Of a stretch of 64,000 nucleotides of DNA, positions 41,340 through 49,554 are shown piece after piece. The position numbers and the translations under genes are program-made. Position 1 is the first letter of the stretch; the number at the start of each line of letters is the position of its first letter. The DNA comes from Deltaproteobacteria bacterium (GTDB taxonomy: Bacteria > Desulfobacterota > JAENJC01), in contig JAUSKU010000092.1 of the NCBI GenBank assembly GCA_030646755.1, forward strand, positions 14,270 through 78,269, given 5' to 3'. The notes under the pieces are model-generated. The model saw nothing but the letters and a program-made list of their open reading frames with translations, searched no databases and had not been told where the DNA came from.

Positions 41340-42632
41340 TTATTTAAAAACCCTATTGAATATGTAGTCTACGTTCTTAAGATGATAGTTTAAATCGAAC
41401 GAATTTTCAATCTCTTTTTTGTCAAGGTACCTTGTCACATCTTGGTCTGAAAGGAGGAGTTCCTTGAAATCCTTCCCCTCAGCCCATACCCTCATGGCGT
41501 TCCTCTGAACCAGGTTGTAGGCCTCCTCCCTGCTTGCCCCCTTTACCGTCAAGGCAAGCAATACCCTCTGTGAATGGATAAGGCCGTGGAGTTGGTTAAT
41601 GTTCTTCATCATGTTTTCAGGGTAGACGATGAGCCTGTCCATCAGGTCCGCAAATCGGTTGAGCATATAGTTCATCATGATGGTGCTGTCGGGGCCTATG
41701 ACCCTCTCTACGGATGAGTGGCTTATATCCCTCTCATGCCACAGCGCCACATTCTCCATGGCAGCAAAGGAGTTGGACCTAACCAGCCTTGCAAGACCTG
41801 TCAGATTCTCGGCTGATATGGGGTTCCTCTTGTGAGGCATGGCTGAGGACCCCTTCTGTCCGGGAGAGAAATATTCTTCAGCCTCCAACACCTCTGTCCT
41901 CTGAAGGTGCCTCAGTTCAACGGAGAAATTCTCTATGGACGATGCTATCAAGGCAAGGGTTGTAAAGAACTCGGCGTGCCTGTCCCTCTGGACCACTTGG
42001 GTTGATACAGGCTCAGGCGTCAGCCCCAGGTGCTTACAAACATACTCTTCCACGAACGGAGGGATATTGGCGAATGTCCCGACAGCCCCGGATATGGCCC
42101 CGCAGGATATCACATCCTTCGCCCTCTCCATCCTCGCAAGGTTTCTTTTCATCTCTTCATACATCAAGGCCATCTTCAGGCCGAAGGTCACAGGCTCGGC
42201 ATGAATGCCGTGGGAACGCCCCATAGCAGGGGTCATCTTGTGCTCCATCGCCCTCCTCTTCAAGACCTCCATGCACCTCTTTATGTCGGATATGATTATC
42301 TCCGACGCCTCTTTTAGCAGGACTGCAAATGATGTGTCAATAAGGTCCGAGGATGTCATCCCCTTATGCAGGAACCGCGATTCAGGCCCTATGCTCTCGT
42401 TGACGGATGTGAGAAACGCTATCACGTCATGCTTCACCACCTTCTCAATCTCATCAATCTTCTTGGGATCGAAGCAGGCCTTCTTCTTAATGACCTCAAT
42501 CGCCTCCCTCGGCACCTCCCCAAGCTCCGCCCAAGCCTCAGTGGCCAGTATCTCCACCTTTAACCATGTCTGGTACCTCTTCTCCACTGTCCATATCGCC
42601 GCCATCTCCGGCCTTGTATAACGCTCGATCAT
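41340..42632 (-). CDS. purB: Adenylosuccinate lyase
   Basis: [40 protein letters not shown] motifs. Confidence 0.97.
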   Translation of the reverse strand: MIERYTRPEMAAIWTVEKRYQTWLKVEILATEAWAELGEVPREAIEVIKKKACFDPKKIDEIEKVVKHDVIAFLTSVNESIGPESRFLHKGMTSSDLIDTSFAVLLKEASEIIISDIKRCMEVLKRRAMEHKMTPAMGRSHGIHAEPVTFGLKMALMYEEMKRNLARMERAKDVISCGAISGAVGTFANIPPFVEEYVCKHLGLTPEPVSTQVVQRDRHAEFFTTLALIASSIENFSVELRHLQRTEVLEAEEYFSPGQKGSSAMPHKRNPISAENLTGLARLVRSNSFAAMENVALWHERDISHSSVERVIGPDSTIMMNYMLNRFADLMDRLIVYPENMMKNINQLHGLIHSQRVLLALTVKGASREEAYNLVQRNAMRVWAEGKDFKELLLSDQDVTRYLDKKEIENSFDLNYHLKNVDYIFNRVFK

Positions 42633-42661
42633 TTACGATTCTCCTTTTGTTCTAATATTAT

Positions 42662-42791
42662 GAGGTTCTTGCAAAAGTCTAATTTGTGGTTCGACAGGCT
42701 CACCACGAACGGGAAAAATCAATAAATTCAACTGAACCACCGTTCACCCTGAGCTTGTCGAAGGGTATTCGAAGAGCTTTGCAAGAGCCTC
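42662..42791. mobile_element. 130-bp MITE-like element, copy 1
   Basis: Terminal inverted repeats GAGGTTCTTGCAAAAG...CTTTGCAAGAGCCTC, internal ttcgacaggctca/tgagcttgtcgaa palindrome, flanked by ATTAT on both sides. Confidence 0.75.
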
Positions 42792-42820
42792 ATTATCATT
42801 ATCAGCTTCTTTTCATGGGG

Positions 42821-43009
42821 CTATTTATCTTGAACTATATCTTCGGGCTTTAACCAGACTGTCTTTCCGTCACGCCAGACAGCAACAGGGTTTCCGGCCT
42901 GTTTGTGCCGTAAGAGGGCTTCATGGACGCCATCTGGCAATGCTTGAGTGATTTTTTCTTTATTCTCAAATATCTCGGAAATTCTATCTCTGACTTTTTC
43001 TTGTGACAT
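42821..43009 (-). CDS. Small hypothetical protein (orphan TA-partner-like)
   Basis: GAGGAG RBS; HKQAGNPVAVWRDGK resembles small genes found next to zeta-toxin-like ATPases (from recall). Confidence 0.55.
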   Translation of the reverse strand: MSQEKVRDRISEIFENKEKITQALPDGVHEALLRHKQAGNPVAVWRDGKTVWLKPEDIVQDK

Positions 43010-43040
43010 TATATTCCTCCTCTATCTGCTGCCAGATACC

Positions 43041-43113
43041 GTAGGATGGGTGAAACCCATCACACAAAACCTACATTATAACGATGGGTTGCGTTTCACT
43101 TCACCCATCCTAC
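43041..43113. repeat. GTAG-type inverted REP doublet
   Basis: gtaggatgggtgaaacccatc ... gatgggttgcg...cacccatcctac. Confidence 0.8.
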
Positions 43114-43560
43114 TTACTGATGAACCAGGACGTTACGACTCCAGCCATGTTCGATGGCCTTCCGGGCATACCATTCCCGTTCTTTTCTGGATTTGAGCTT
43201 GGTAATAATGGTGATATTTTGCCCCCACGGTATTTGTCCAACGAGCTGTTGGACAATTTGCTCTGTATCCCATGCTTCGGCAAAGCTTCGCATATACATG
43301 AGATTCGCCCTCGAAAACCCTTTCATATCCGGGAACTCCCGTCGAAGGTCTGTTGCCAGGCGCTCGACAACCTTTGCTCCCCAGCCTTCCTGTTCCTGTC
43401 GGGTCAGGATGTCACGGCCAATCTGCCAGTAGAGCAAAACCAGTTCGCTGTTGACCGCCAAAGCGGCCCGCACTTGGGCCTGGCGGATTCGCGCCTTCAG
43501 GTCGCGCAGGAACTCTTCATATCCCTTGAAAGTGGTAATGTTCATCCCCTTCCCCTTCAC
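43114..43560 (-). pseudogene. Truncated YhcG/DUF1016 nuclease (N-terminal domain only)
   Basis: NSELVLLYWQIG, GWGAKVVERLA, KGFSRANLMYMR; ends at GWSRNVLVHQ exactly at the REP; the PD-(D/E)xK domain is absent. Confidence 0.85.
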
Positions 43561-43996
43561 AACCGCCTTTCCGCCGCCTGCCGCAAGAGACGCAGGCCTT
43601 TAAATACTGACAAATATGCAACGACTGGTTATTCCGCAGAGCCTATTGTTCCCTTTCCCATATCTGGCAATTCAGCAATTCAGTGTCATGTCCTCAAAAT
43701 TCCAGGTTTCCTTGGTCTCTGGTCAACGGGGCAGACGACAAGCAACTGATGCACAGCACAGTAATAAGCAAAGCTTTGATCTTAGATACTGTTTTGTTCA
43801 TCATGTTTTTGTTCTCCTGTATGTTCATATGCACCTCCGAATTGAGTTTAATGCCTTTGGCCACCTGCAAGGTTGCACTTGCAGCTACTATTGGCTGTGC
43901 TATGGCATCAGGATGCCTATGTATCGTATGCCCTATCTCCCCCGAAGGCCAGAGATCAAGGAATATTAATTATGCTTTATTAAATTTGTCTCTTAT

Positions 43997-44126
43997 GAAC
44001 CTCTTGCAAAAGTCTTTTTGTGGTTCGACAGGCTCACCACGAACGGGAAAAAGTCAATGATTCCAACCCGACCACCGTTCACCCTGAGCTTGCCGAAGGG
44101 TAATTTCGGACTTTTGCAAGAGGCTC
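43997..44126. mobile_element. 130-bp MITE-like element, copy 2
   Basis: GAACCTCTTGCAAAAGTC...GACTTTTGCAAGAGGCTC with the same internal sequence as copy 1; no obvious target-site duplication. Confidence 0.75.
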
Positions 44127-44342
44127 CCATCTCAGACAATTCAGTATCAAGTCACCGGGTTACATTACCTAATTCGTCGTTTCCTTCTCTAAGGGACTTT
44201 GGTAAATACTAAAATACCGTTTTTGATAGGTCAAACCCATCCCCACCCTAACCCTCCCCTTGAAAGGGAGGGAGGTTTACTTCTCCCCCTATATTGAGAG
44301 GGGGATGGGTTGTTAAGCGGTATGTTTGAATGTTCTAAGTCC

Positions 44343-45353
44343 CTAACTTACAATTGTTTTTATCCAGCAATTTTCGCTGCATGAATCAAAAAAATCAATG
44401 TCTGCTTTAATCCCAGCACGATTTAATTGCTGCTCCATCCGATTGATGTCTTTGTAAATCTCCACTTGTGGCCGATCTGTATAAACAGATACAGCAATAT
44501 CTGTTAGACGTGCTTTCGCTAATTGTTTCAGTATATGAAAATCCATCTCTTCCATGGACCAGCCATAAATCACCAATGTTGGCCCCACTGCCGGCAAAAC
44601 AGAATCATATAATGTGCTTAAATAGTGACTTCTCTTAATAGCCTTTAATTTCTGTTCCGATAATCCTTCACTTACAAATAATGGAATGGTAGTCCCAGAT
44701 TCCCATTGCTTCAATATCTTGTTCAAGAGGTTAATCCCGTCTGTAACATTTATCTTGGTTTCATTCCCGTAAATATCAGTAGATAAAACAAGATTTCCAT
44801 GAGGATAGAAAAGCAGTGAAGCCCCTTTTGCATTATAGGGTTTTGAAAAGCCTGACCAGTTATCGGGAAACGATCCACTTACAAAGCAGTCCTTAAACCA
44901 GTTGCCAAGTTCATTATTCCCTTCCAAGATAGACCAATAAATTATCAAGTCATAATTTAAACTTACTATCACTGAAAACCTTTTTAGAAAATTATATATA
45001 GACTTAATAAATGGTCTTACTGCTTCAACTGTAGTGTGATTGTGTCTAACAGTGCCTATTAAGGCGTTACGCAATTCTTGATACGTATGATAAGAAACCG
45101 ATTCTTTTATCTGCAAAGCTGTATTAATGTGATATGTATGCCAAAGTAGACTTAAAACATATTCAAAATCCTCTGTTTCCAGATATTTGAAAATCATATC
45201 TATGTTTGTGCTGATTAACTTTATATCTTTTGAAGTCTTCAGAAGCGACTTATACGAAAAACAGCCATCTATAGCAATGCTGGCTCCATTGCCTAGTAAA
45301 ATACTATGTTGGTATTTCTCTGAGATATCATTCCAATCATGAATATTCGTCAT
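44343..45353 (-). CDS. DUF4917 / SIR2-like protein
   Basis: LLGNGASIA, SLNYDLIIYW, YPHGNL, PLFVSEG, VIYGWS motifs; AT-rich. Confidence 0.75.
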   Translation of the reverse strand: MTNIHDWNDISEKYQHSILLGNGASIAIDGCFSYKSLLKTSKDIKLISTNIDMIFKYLETEDFEYVLSLLWHTYHINTALQIKESVSYHTYQELRNALIGTVRHNHTTVEAVRPFIKSIYNFLKRFSVIVSLNYDLIIYWSILEGNNELGNWFKDCFVSGSFPDNWSGFSKPYNAKGASLLFYPHGNLVLSTDIYGNETKINVTDGINLLNKILKQWESGTTIPLFVSEGLSEQKLKAIKRSHYLSTLYDSVLPAVGPTLVIYGWSMEEMDFHILKQLAKARLTDIAVSVYTDRPQVEIYKDINRMEQQLNRAGIKADIDFFDSCSENCWIKTIVS

Positions 45354-45654
45354 AGCTTTTTCTTGTATATCCCTTTAGGGAATTCTCCGCTTCTTCCGAG
45401 GACTACGAACTATATGTAACGTCTTAAATAATAGCGCATAGCGTGCGCAATACCCCATTTGGAAATTCGGGGGACCTTTTTCCGCCCCCCTCTTTACCGA
45501 ACTGATTTTTCATAACGCCCTTTAATTCCTTTATGCCCTTGGGTACTCTTACCTTAAGAGGGGGAACGTGCCAGTTGGCCCCTCACCCTGACCCTCTCCC
45601 CCCTTTTGGGGCGAGGGAATAATGGATTGCGGAAATGACAATTTCAAATCTCCC

Positions 45655-45843
45655 TCACTCCAGCCCCTCAAACCTCGCATCAGTAATCGCCCTTTTTTTG
45701 AAACCTATAGTCTTGTTGATGAAAAGGTTTGCCTCTTCAAGCCACTGGAGCCGCTGTCTGACCGACATATCCTTGAACTCCTCCAGCTTCTCCTTGGTGA
45801 AGGTATACACGATGTCTATATGTTCCTTGCTATCATCGCCCAC
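45655..45843 (-). CDS. Small partner protein of the nucleotidyltransferase
   Basis: Overlaps the upstream NTase gene; MSVRQRLQWLEE. Confidence 0.6.
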   Translation of the reverse strand: MGDDSKEHIDIVYTFTKEKLEEFKDMSVRQRLQWLEEANLFINKTIGFKKRAITDARFEGLE

Positions 45844-46324
45844 TTTTTTCAATCTCCTTCAGCGCCGCAATGTCGGCAAGATCCTGGGGTCTGCCGGAAA
45901 TCTCCTTAAGTCTAATGAGATTTTTTACAGAGACAACAGGTATGGGAACGTTGCCGGACATTATTTCGACTGCATCAGACATTATCAGGCCGTAGTCCAC
46001 TGGTTCTTCAACAAACACGTCAACCAGATTGATCGGCATCTGAGGATGGAAAAAACTGAAGACCTTCATATTCTTTTCGCTGATCCAGGTTGCCCTATTC
46101 TTAGCACTGATAAAGTCTTCTGCTTTTATAGGCACCTTTGGCCTGTATCCAAGCTCGTTCATGACATTAACGAACTTGCTGAGATTCTCCTCTTCCAGAT
46201 GGACCATAAGGTCAAGGTCTGCCGTCAGCCGGACGACTCCATGAAGGACGAGGGCGACTCCCCCCACAACAACGTAATCAACATTACTGCTATTCAGTTT
46301 TTCAAATAATTCCTCGTAAAACAT
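45833..46324 (-). CDS. Nucleotidyltransferase-fold protein (TA-associated)
   Basis: YVVVGGVA..HG..RLTADLD, LKEISGRPQDLAD motifs. Confidence 0.8.
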   Translation of the reverse strand: MFYEELFEKLNSSNVDYVVVGGVALVLHGVVRLTADLDLMVHLEEENLSKFVNVMNELGYRPKVPIKAEDFISAKNRATWISEKNMKVFSFFHPQMPINLVDVFVEEPVDYGLIMSDAVEIMSGNVPIPVVSVKNLIRLKEISGRPQDLADIAALKEIEKSGR

Positions 46325-46386
46325 CCTTACCCCTCTCTACTTCTTTACTCCCACTCAAACACCTCCAAATCCCCTCATCCCTTCCC

Positions 46387-46710
46387 TTATCTCAACACCC
46401 TTTTCTGCAAAAGTTCTTGCAGGTCGCGCCTTCCGTCAAGAACACAATGGACAAAGACCTCTGATTTGCGAATCTCGTAGATTATTCTGAATGGCTTGTA
46501 ATGGATCTCCTTGAAATCAAAAACGCCTATCCGTTCCAACTCCGGCGGAATATGGCCGCGCAAAGGAAAGGTTTCGAGCCTTTGAACAGCTTCTTCAATA
46601 TGGTCAAGCAGCGTGTCGGCCTGTTCCACTGAATCGTTCATTGCAATATATTGATAGATATCGAGGAGGTCTTTTTCTGCATCTTCAATCAGATGGACAG
46701 TGAATCTCAT
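46387..46710 (-). CDS. RelE/ParE family toxin
   Basis: AEKDLLDIYQYIA, FPLRG, FRIIY, VLDGRRDL motifs. Confidence 0.88.
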   Translation of the reverse strand: MRFTVHLIEDAEKDLLDIYQYIAMNDSVEQADTLLDHIEEAVQRLETFPLRGHIPPELERIGVFDFKEIHYKPFRIIYEIRKSEVFVHCVLDGRRDLQELLQKRVLR

Positions 46711-46991
46711 TTCTCACGAAGTCCCGCGGCTCTTTTCCTCACATCCCTGAAAGCCTCTTTGAAAGGCTTGATTTTCCCATCTTCAAGATTTTTCCTGCTC
46801 ATTGCCAGGATTTTCAACAATGCAAGGGACTCCTGCATCTTTTCATATTCGTTTATGTCCTGCAAGATCACTTTCGCCTCACCGTTTTGCGTGATTACCA
46901 TAGTCTTGTGGCCTTCGACAATATCTCTAATGACCTCCGACGCATGCGCCTTAAAATAACTTATTGGTTTAATATCTTCGCTAAGTTTCAT
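46707..46991 (-). CDS. Phd/YefM family antitoxin
   Basis: IKPISYFK, VITQNGEAKVIL; ATGA overlap with the toxin gene. Confidence 0.9.
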   Translation of the reverse strand: MKLSEDIKPISYFKAHASEVIRDIVEGHKTMVITQNGEAKVILQDINEYEKMQESLALLKILAMSRKNLEDGKIKPFKEAFRDVRKRAAGLREK

Positions 46992-47009
46992 CTTCCCCTC
47001 CCGCAGATT

Positions 47010-47036
47010 GACTAAAATATAGTCTATATTTTAGTC
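47010..47036. promoter_or_regulatory. Probable TA autoregulatory operator
   Basis: Perfect palindrome GACTAAAATATAG-T-CTATATTTTAGTC just upstream of the antitoxin gene. Confidence 0.65.
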
Positions 47037-47243
47037 GTTCGCAATGCAACTTCTTTTCGCCCGTCCTTATGATATGAATAAAAAGGAATAAAAAGGGTAG
47101 ATTTATTTCCCTTTCCCCGCTTCCAGCCGCGCCTCGCTTACTCTTTGATAACCTTTAAATCTGTGTCAGTGGCTTCGTTTATCTTTGGCATAACCGCCCT
47201 TAGATTCCCGCTTGAACACTTCGGGAATGACAAAATAAGAGGC

Positions 47244-47710
47244 TTATCTGTATACTTCTCTGCGATGGGCAACACGGTAAACCTTGACAATCCTTTGTGC
47301 ATCATCAAGCTCGTAGAGTATCTTGTAATCACCCACTCTGATGCGCCATTTCGAGCCGCCGCCGCTGAGCTTTTTAGAGTTCCGTGGCGTATAGGCCAAG
47401 AATCGCATCCTCAAGCCTCGTTAAAAGCCGGTCAGAAAAACAGTCAAGGTCTTTCTGGGCTTTCGGCATTATCTGCACATCGTATTGATTCAAGCTGTAT
47501 CCCCGGTTTTACGCCGTTTTGTGAAATAATCTTTGGCAGAGACAGGTTTACCCTTTACCTTCTTTGCCTCATCAATCAATGCAGCATCCATAAGGTCTTC
47601 CCTGATCCGGCGGTTTTTTAATATTTTTTCAAAAAAGCCTCTCGCACGCTACTGTCAAGCACCTTGAATGCCGTAAAGAAAACCTCTGCCGTGGCCTGAT
47701 TTGCCTTCAT
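47244..47710 (-). pseudogene. Frameshifted antitoxin plus RelE toxin pair
   Basis: Antitoxin fragments MKANQATAEVFFTAFK... and IREDLMDAALI; toxin fragments YDVQIMPKAQKDL... and KKLSGGGSKWRIRVGDYKILYE...HRREVYR, in different frames. Confidence 0.8.
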
Positions 47711-47800
47711 AAATTAACCTTCTTACTCTATTTCCCTCTGATACACCGGGCATTTCCTGCGCAACTGATGTTGATGGTGCGTGGGACGCACCCTACAAAA

Positions 47801-48202
47801 CTATGCCTTAAGTTTATCAAGAACAAACCCTTTAACTTTCACCGCTATCTCATACGCCTGCTTTGACTCTTCTATCGTGGGTTCATACCACTCATCAGGA
47901 TACCGAATCTCAACTGCATAATCTGTCAGGACATCGGCCTCTGATAAGTCCTCTTTAAACGACTTATCCACCTTAGAACAAAGGTTTAGAAGCATCATTA
48001 TGCTGTGCGTCTTTGAAAACTCAATCTGGTGTTTAACTAAAAAAGCCTTTAAATACTTCTCTACCGCCTGCTGGCAATGAAAACTCACAGTTTCTGTAAC
48101 GACGGTTTCAGCCTCCAGGCCCTGTTTAGCAGTCAGCAAATCCCTTTCTGCTATATGAATCCATTGATGAACCAAATCCTGTATGGTCTTCCCTTTATCC
48201 AT
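47801..48202 (-). CDS. HEPN-domain protein
   Basis: FHCQQAVEKYLKA, KTHSI, RYP motifs. Confidence 0.9.
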   Translation of the reverse strand: MDKGKTIQDLVHQWIHIAERDLLTAKQGLEAETVVTETVSFHCQQAVEKYLKAFLVKHQIEFSKTHSIMMLLNLCSKVDKSFKEDLSEADVLTDYAVEIRYPDEWYEPTIEESKQAYEIAVKVKGFVLDKLKA

Positions 48203-48506
48203 ATACTATCCTGCCATATTTGTTGGCCGTATAAACTATTGTTCCAACAACATCTTTGAGGGTCTCAAACTCTTTTCTTGTCTTTACGATAACATCAACC
48301 GGGAATGTAAAGTCCCTCAGATAACTTCTTGCCACGCGATTCCTCTTGATTATAGGCAATTCATCATCTTTGATCACCAGTAAATCAACGTCACTATCCT
48401 TTGTCGGCTCCCCGTAGGCGTAAGAACCGAACAAGATGATCTTTTCCGGCTTATAACCGTTGACAATAGCCGTAATTGCCTGATTTATCTGTTCCTGAGT
48501 TATCAT
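48195..48506 (-). CDS. Minimal nucleotidyltransferase (MNT)
   Basis: ILFGSYAYG...DSDVDLLVI motif. Confidence 0.9.
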   Translation of the reverse strand: MITQEQINQAITAIVNGYKPEKIILFGSYAYGEPTKDSDVDLLVIKDDELPIIKRNRVARSYLRDFTFPVDVIVKTRKEFETLKDVVGTIVYTANKYGRIVYG

Positions 48507-48688
48507 CTCCCCTCATCACCACTCAATCCCCTGCCTCCTCAACCAATCCTGCTCCCCTTTATGCCACAATCCCGGCAGTCTCGCAGGGTGCGTGGGACGC
48601 ACCCTGCGAACTCCTTATGTTTTATTATCAGCGCGGCATGACTTGAAGCTTCATAGATTCAAAATAACTATCAAAAGAAAAGGCAGTC

Positions 48689-48967
48689 TCAATCTTTAAT
48701 CGCTCCATTACTGCAAAGCTGGTGCAGTTTTGCATAGAGGTATTTGTCATGCTCTCTTGCAACAGGGGAACCGTCTCCGGCCCCGATCCCAATTATCTTC
48801 ATTATCGGGTCACTTTTCGTGATTGCGGTCTGCCTGGAAAACTTTTCGGTCACAAGCTCTCTGACAATACTGGAAAGACTCTTCTTCGTTTTTCTGGATG
48901 TCTCAAGCAACACTTGATACTGCCAATCTTCAAGCGACACCTGTGTTCTATGTTTTGCACGTTCCAT
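48689..48967 (-). CDS. CopG/RHH-type antitoxin, orphan
   Basis: RTQVSL...SLSSIVRE, C-terminal AREHDKYLY; GGAGG RBS; no toxin downstream. Confidence 0.7.
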   Translation of the reverse strand: MERAKHRTQVSLEDWQYQVLLETSRKTKKSLSSIVRELVTEKFSRQTAITKSDPIMKIIGIGAGDGSPVAREHDKYLYAKLHQLCSNGAIKD

Positions 48968-49022
48968 AAGGTCACCTCCTGAGTTACACCTTACATCATT
49001 CAAAATCTGATGTCAATTTACC

Positions 49023-49454
49023 TTATTCCCACTCAAACGCCTCATAAATTCCCTCTTCCCTCCTCCTCTGGGCAGTCTTGCTCTTATAGCTCCCTTTCTT
49101 CACCTTAACACCTTTCCGACTAAGTATCTTTTCGATATAGTCAAGATGCGGGCATGGCGGGTAATGGGCGCTGTCTGTGACCATGCAGGATGAGAGGTGT
49201 ATCACTATCTCGTCCTTCTCTATGTTCGCCTTCTTCTTTGCCCTCTTTATAAGGTTTTCAGTGACCCTCCCGATCCTTCTGCCGGGGCATCCGCCGCAGT
49301 TGAAAGGGACGACCATTATCTTATCTTCGTTTGAATAGCCGGTAAATGCATCAATCCTATCATGAAAAGAGTTGACGCAGGCGAACCCGCTGCATCGCTC
49401 CTTTGCGAAGTCGCACTGGATGATGCCTATGAGCTTGATGTTTTTATTTTCCAT
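49023..49454 (-). CDS. CGGC-domain protein
   Basis: CSGFAC, NCGGCPG, HLSSC, CPH motifs. Confidence 0.85.
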   Translation of the reverse strand: MENKNIKLIGIIQCDFAKERCSGFACVNSFHDRIDAFTGYSNEDKIMVVPFNCGGCPGRRIGRVTENLIKRAKKKANIEKDEIVIHLSSCMVTDSAHYPPCPHLDYIEKILSRKGVKVKKGSYKSKTAQRRREEGIYEAFEWE

Positions 49455-49554
49455 TGTTTATTACTCCCTTGCCGGGGACAGTCCCGATTCTACCACCCCG
49501 CACTTCGTGCTCCCCTCCTTATTAAGGAGGGGAATTAAAGGGGTGGTTAAATCC

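Noticed and set aside
43600-43990. ORFs between DUF1016 and the second MITE
   Set aside because: No recognisable motifs on either strand; probably decayed fragments.
44310-45450. attC-like half sites around the SIR2-like gene (GTTACAT upstream, GCTTAAC downstream)
   Set aside because: The cores are not complementary, no complete attC hairpin is visible and there is no integrase.
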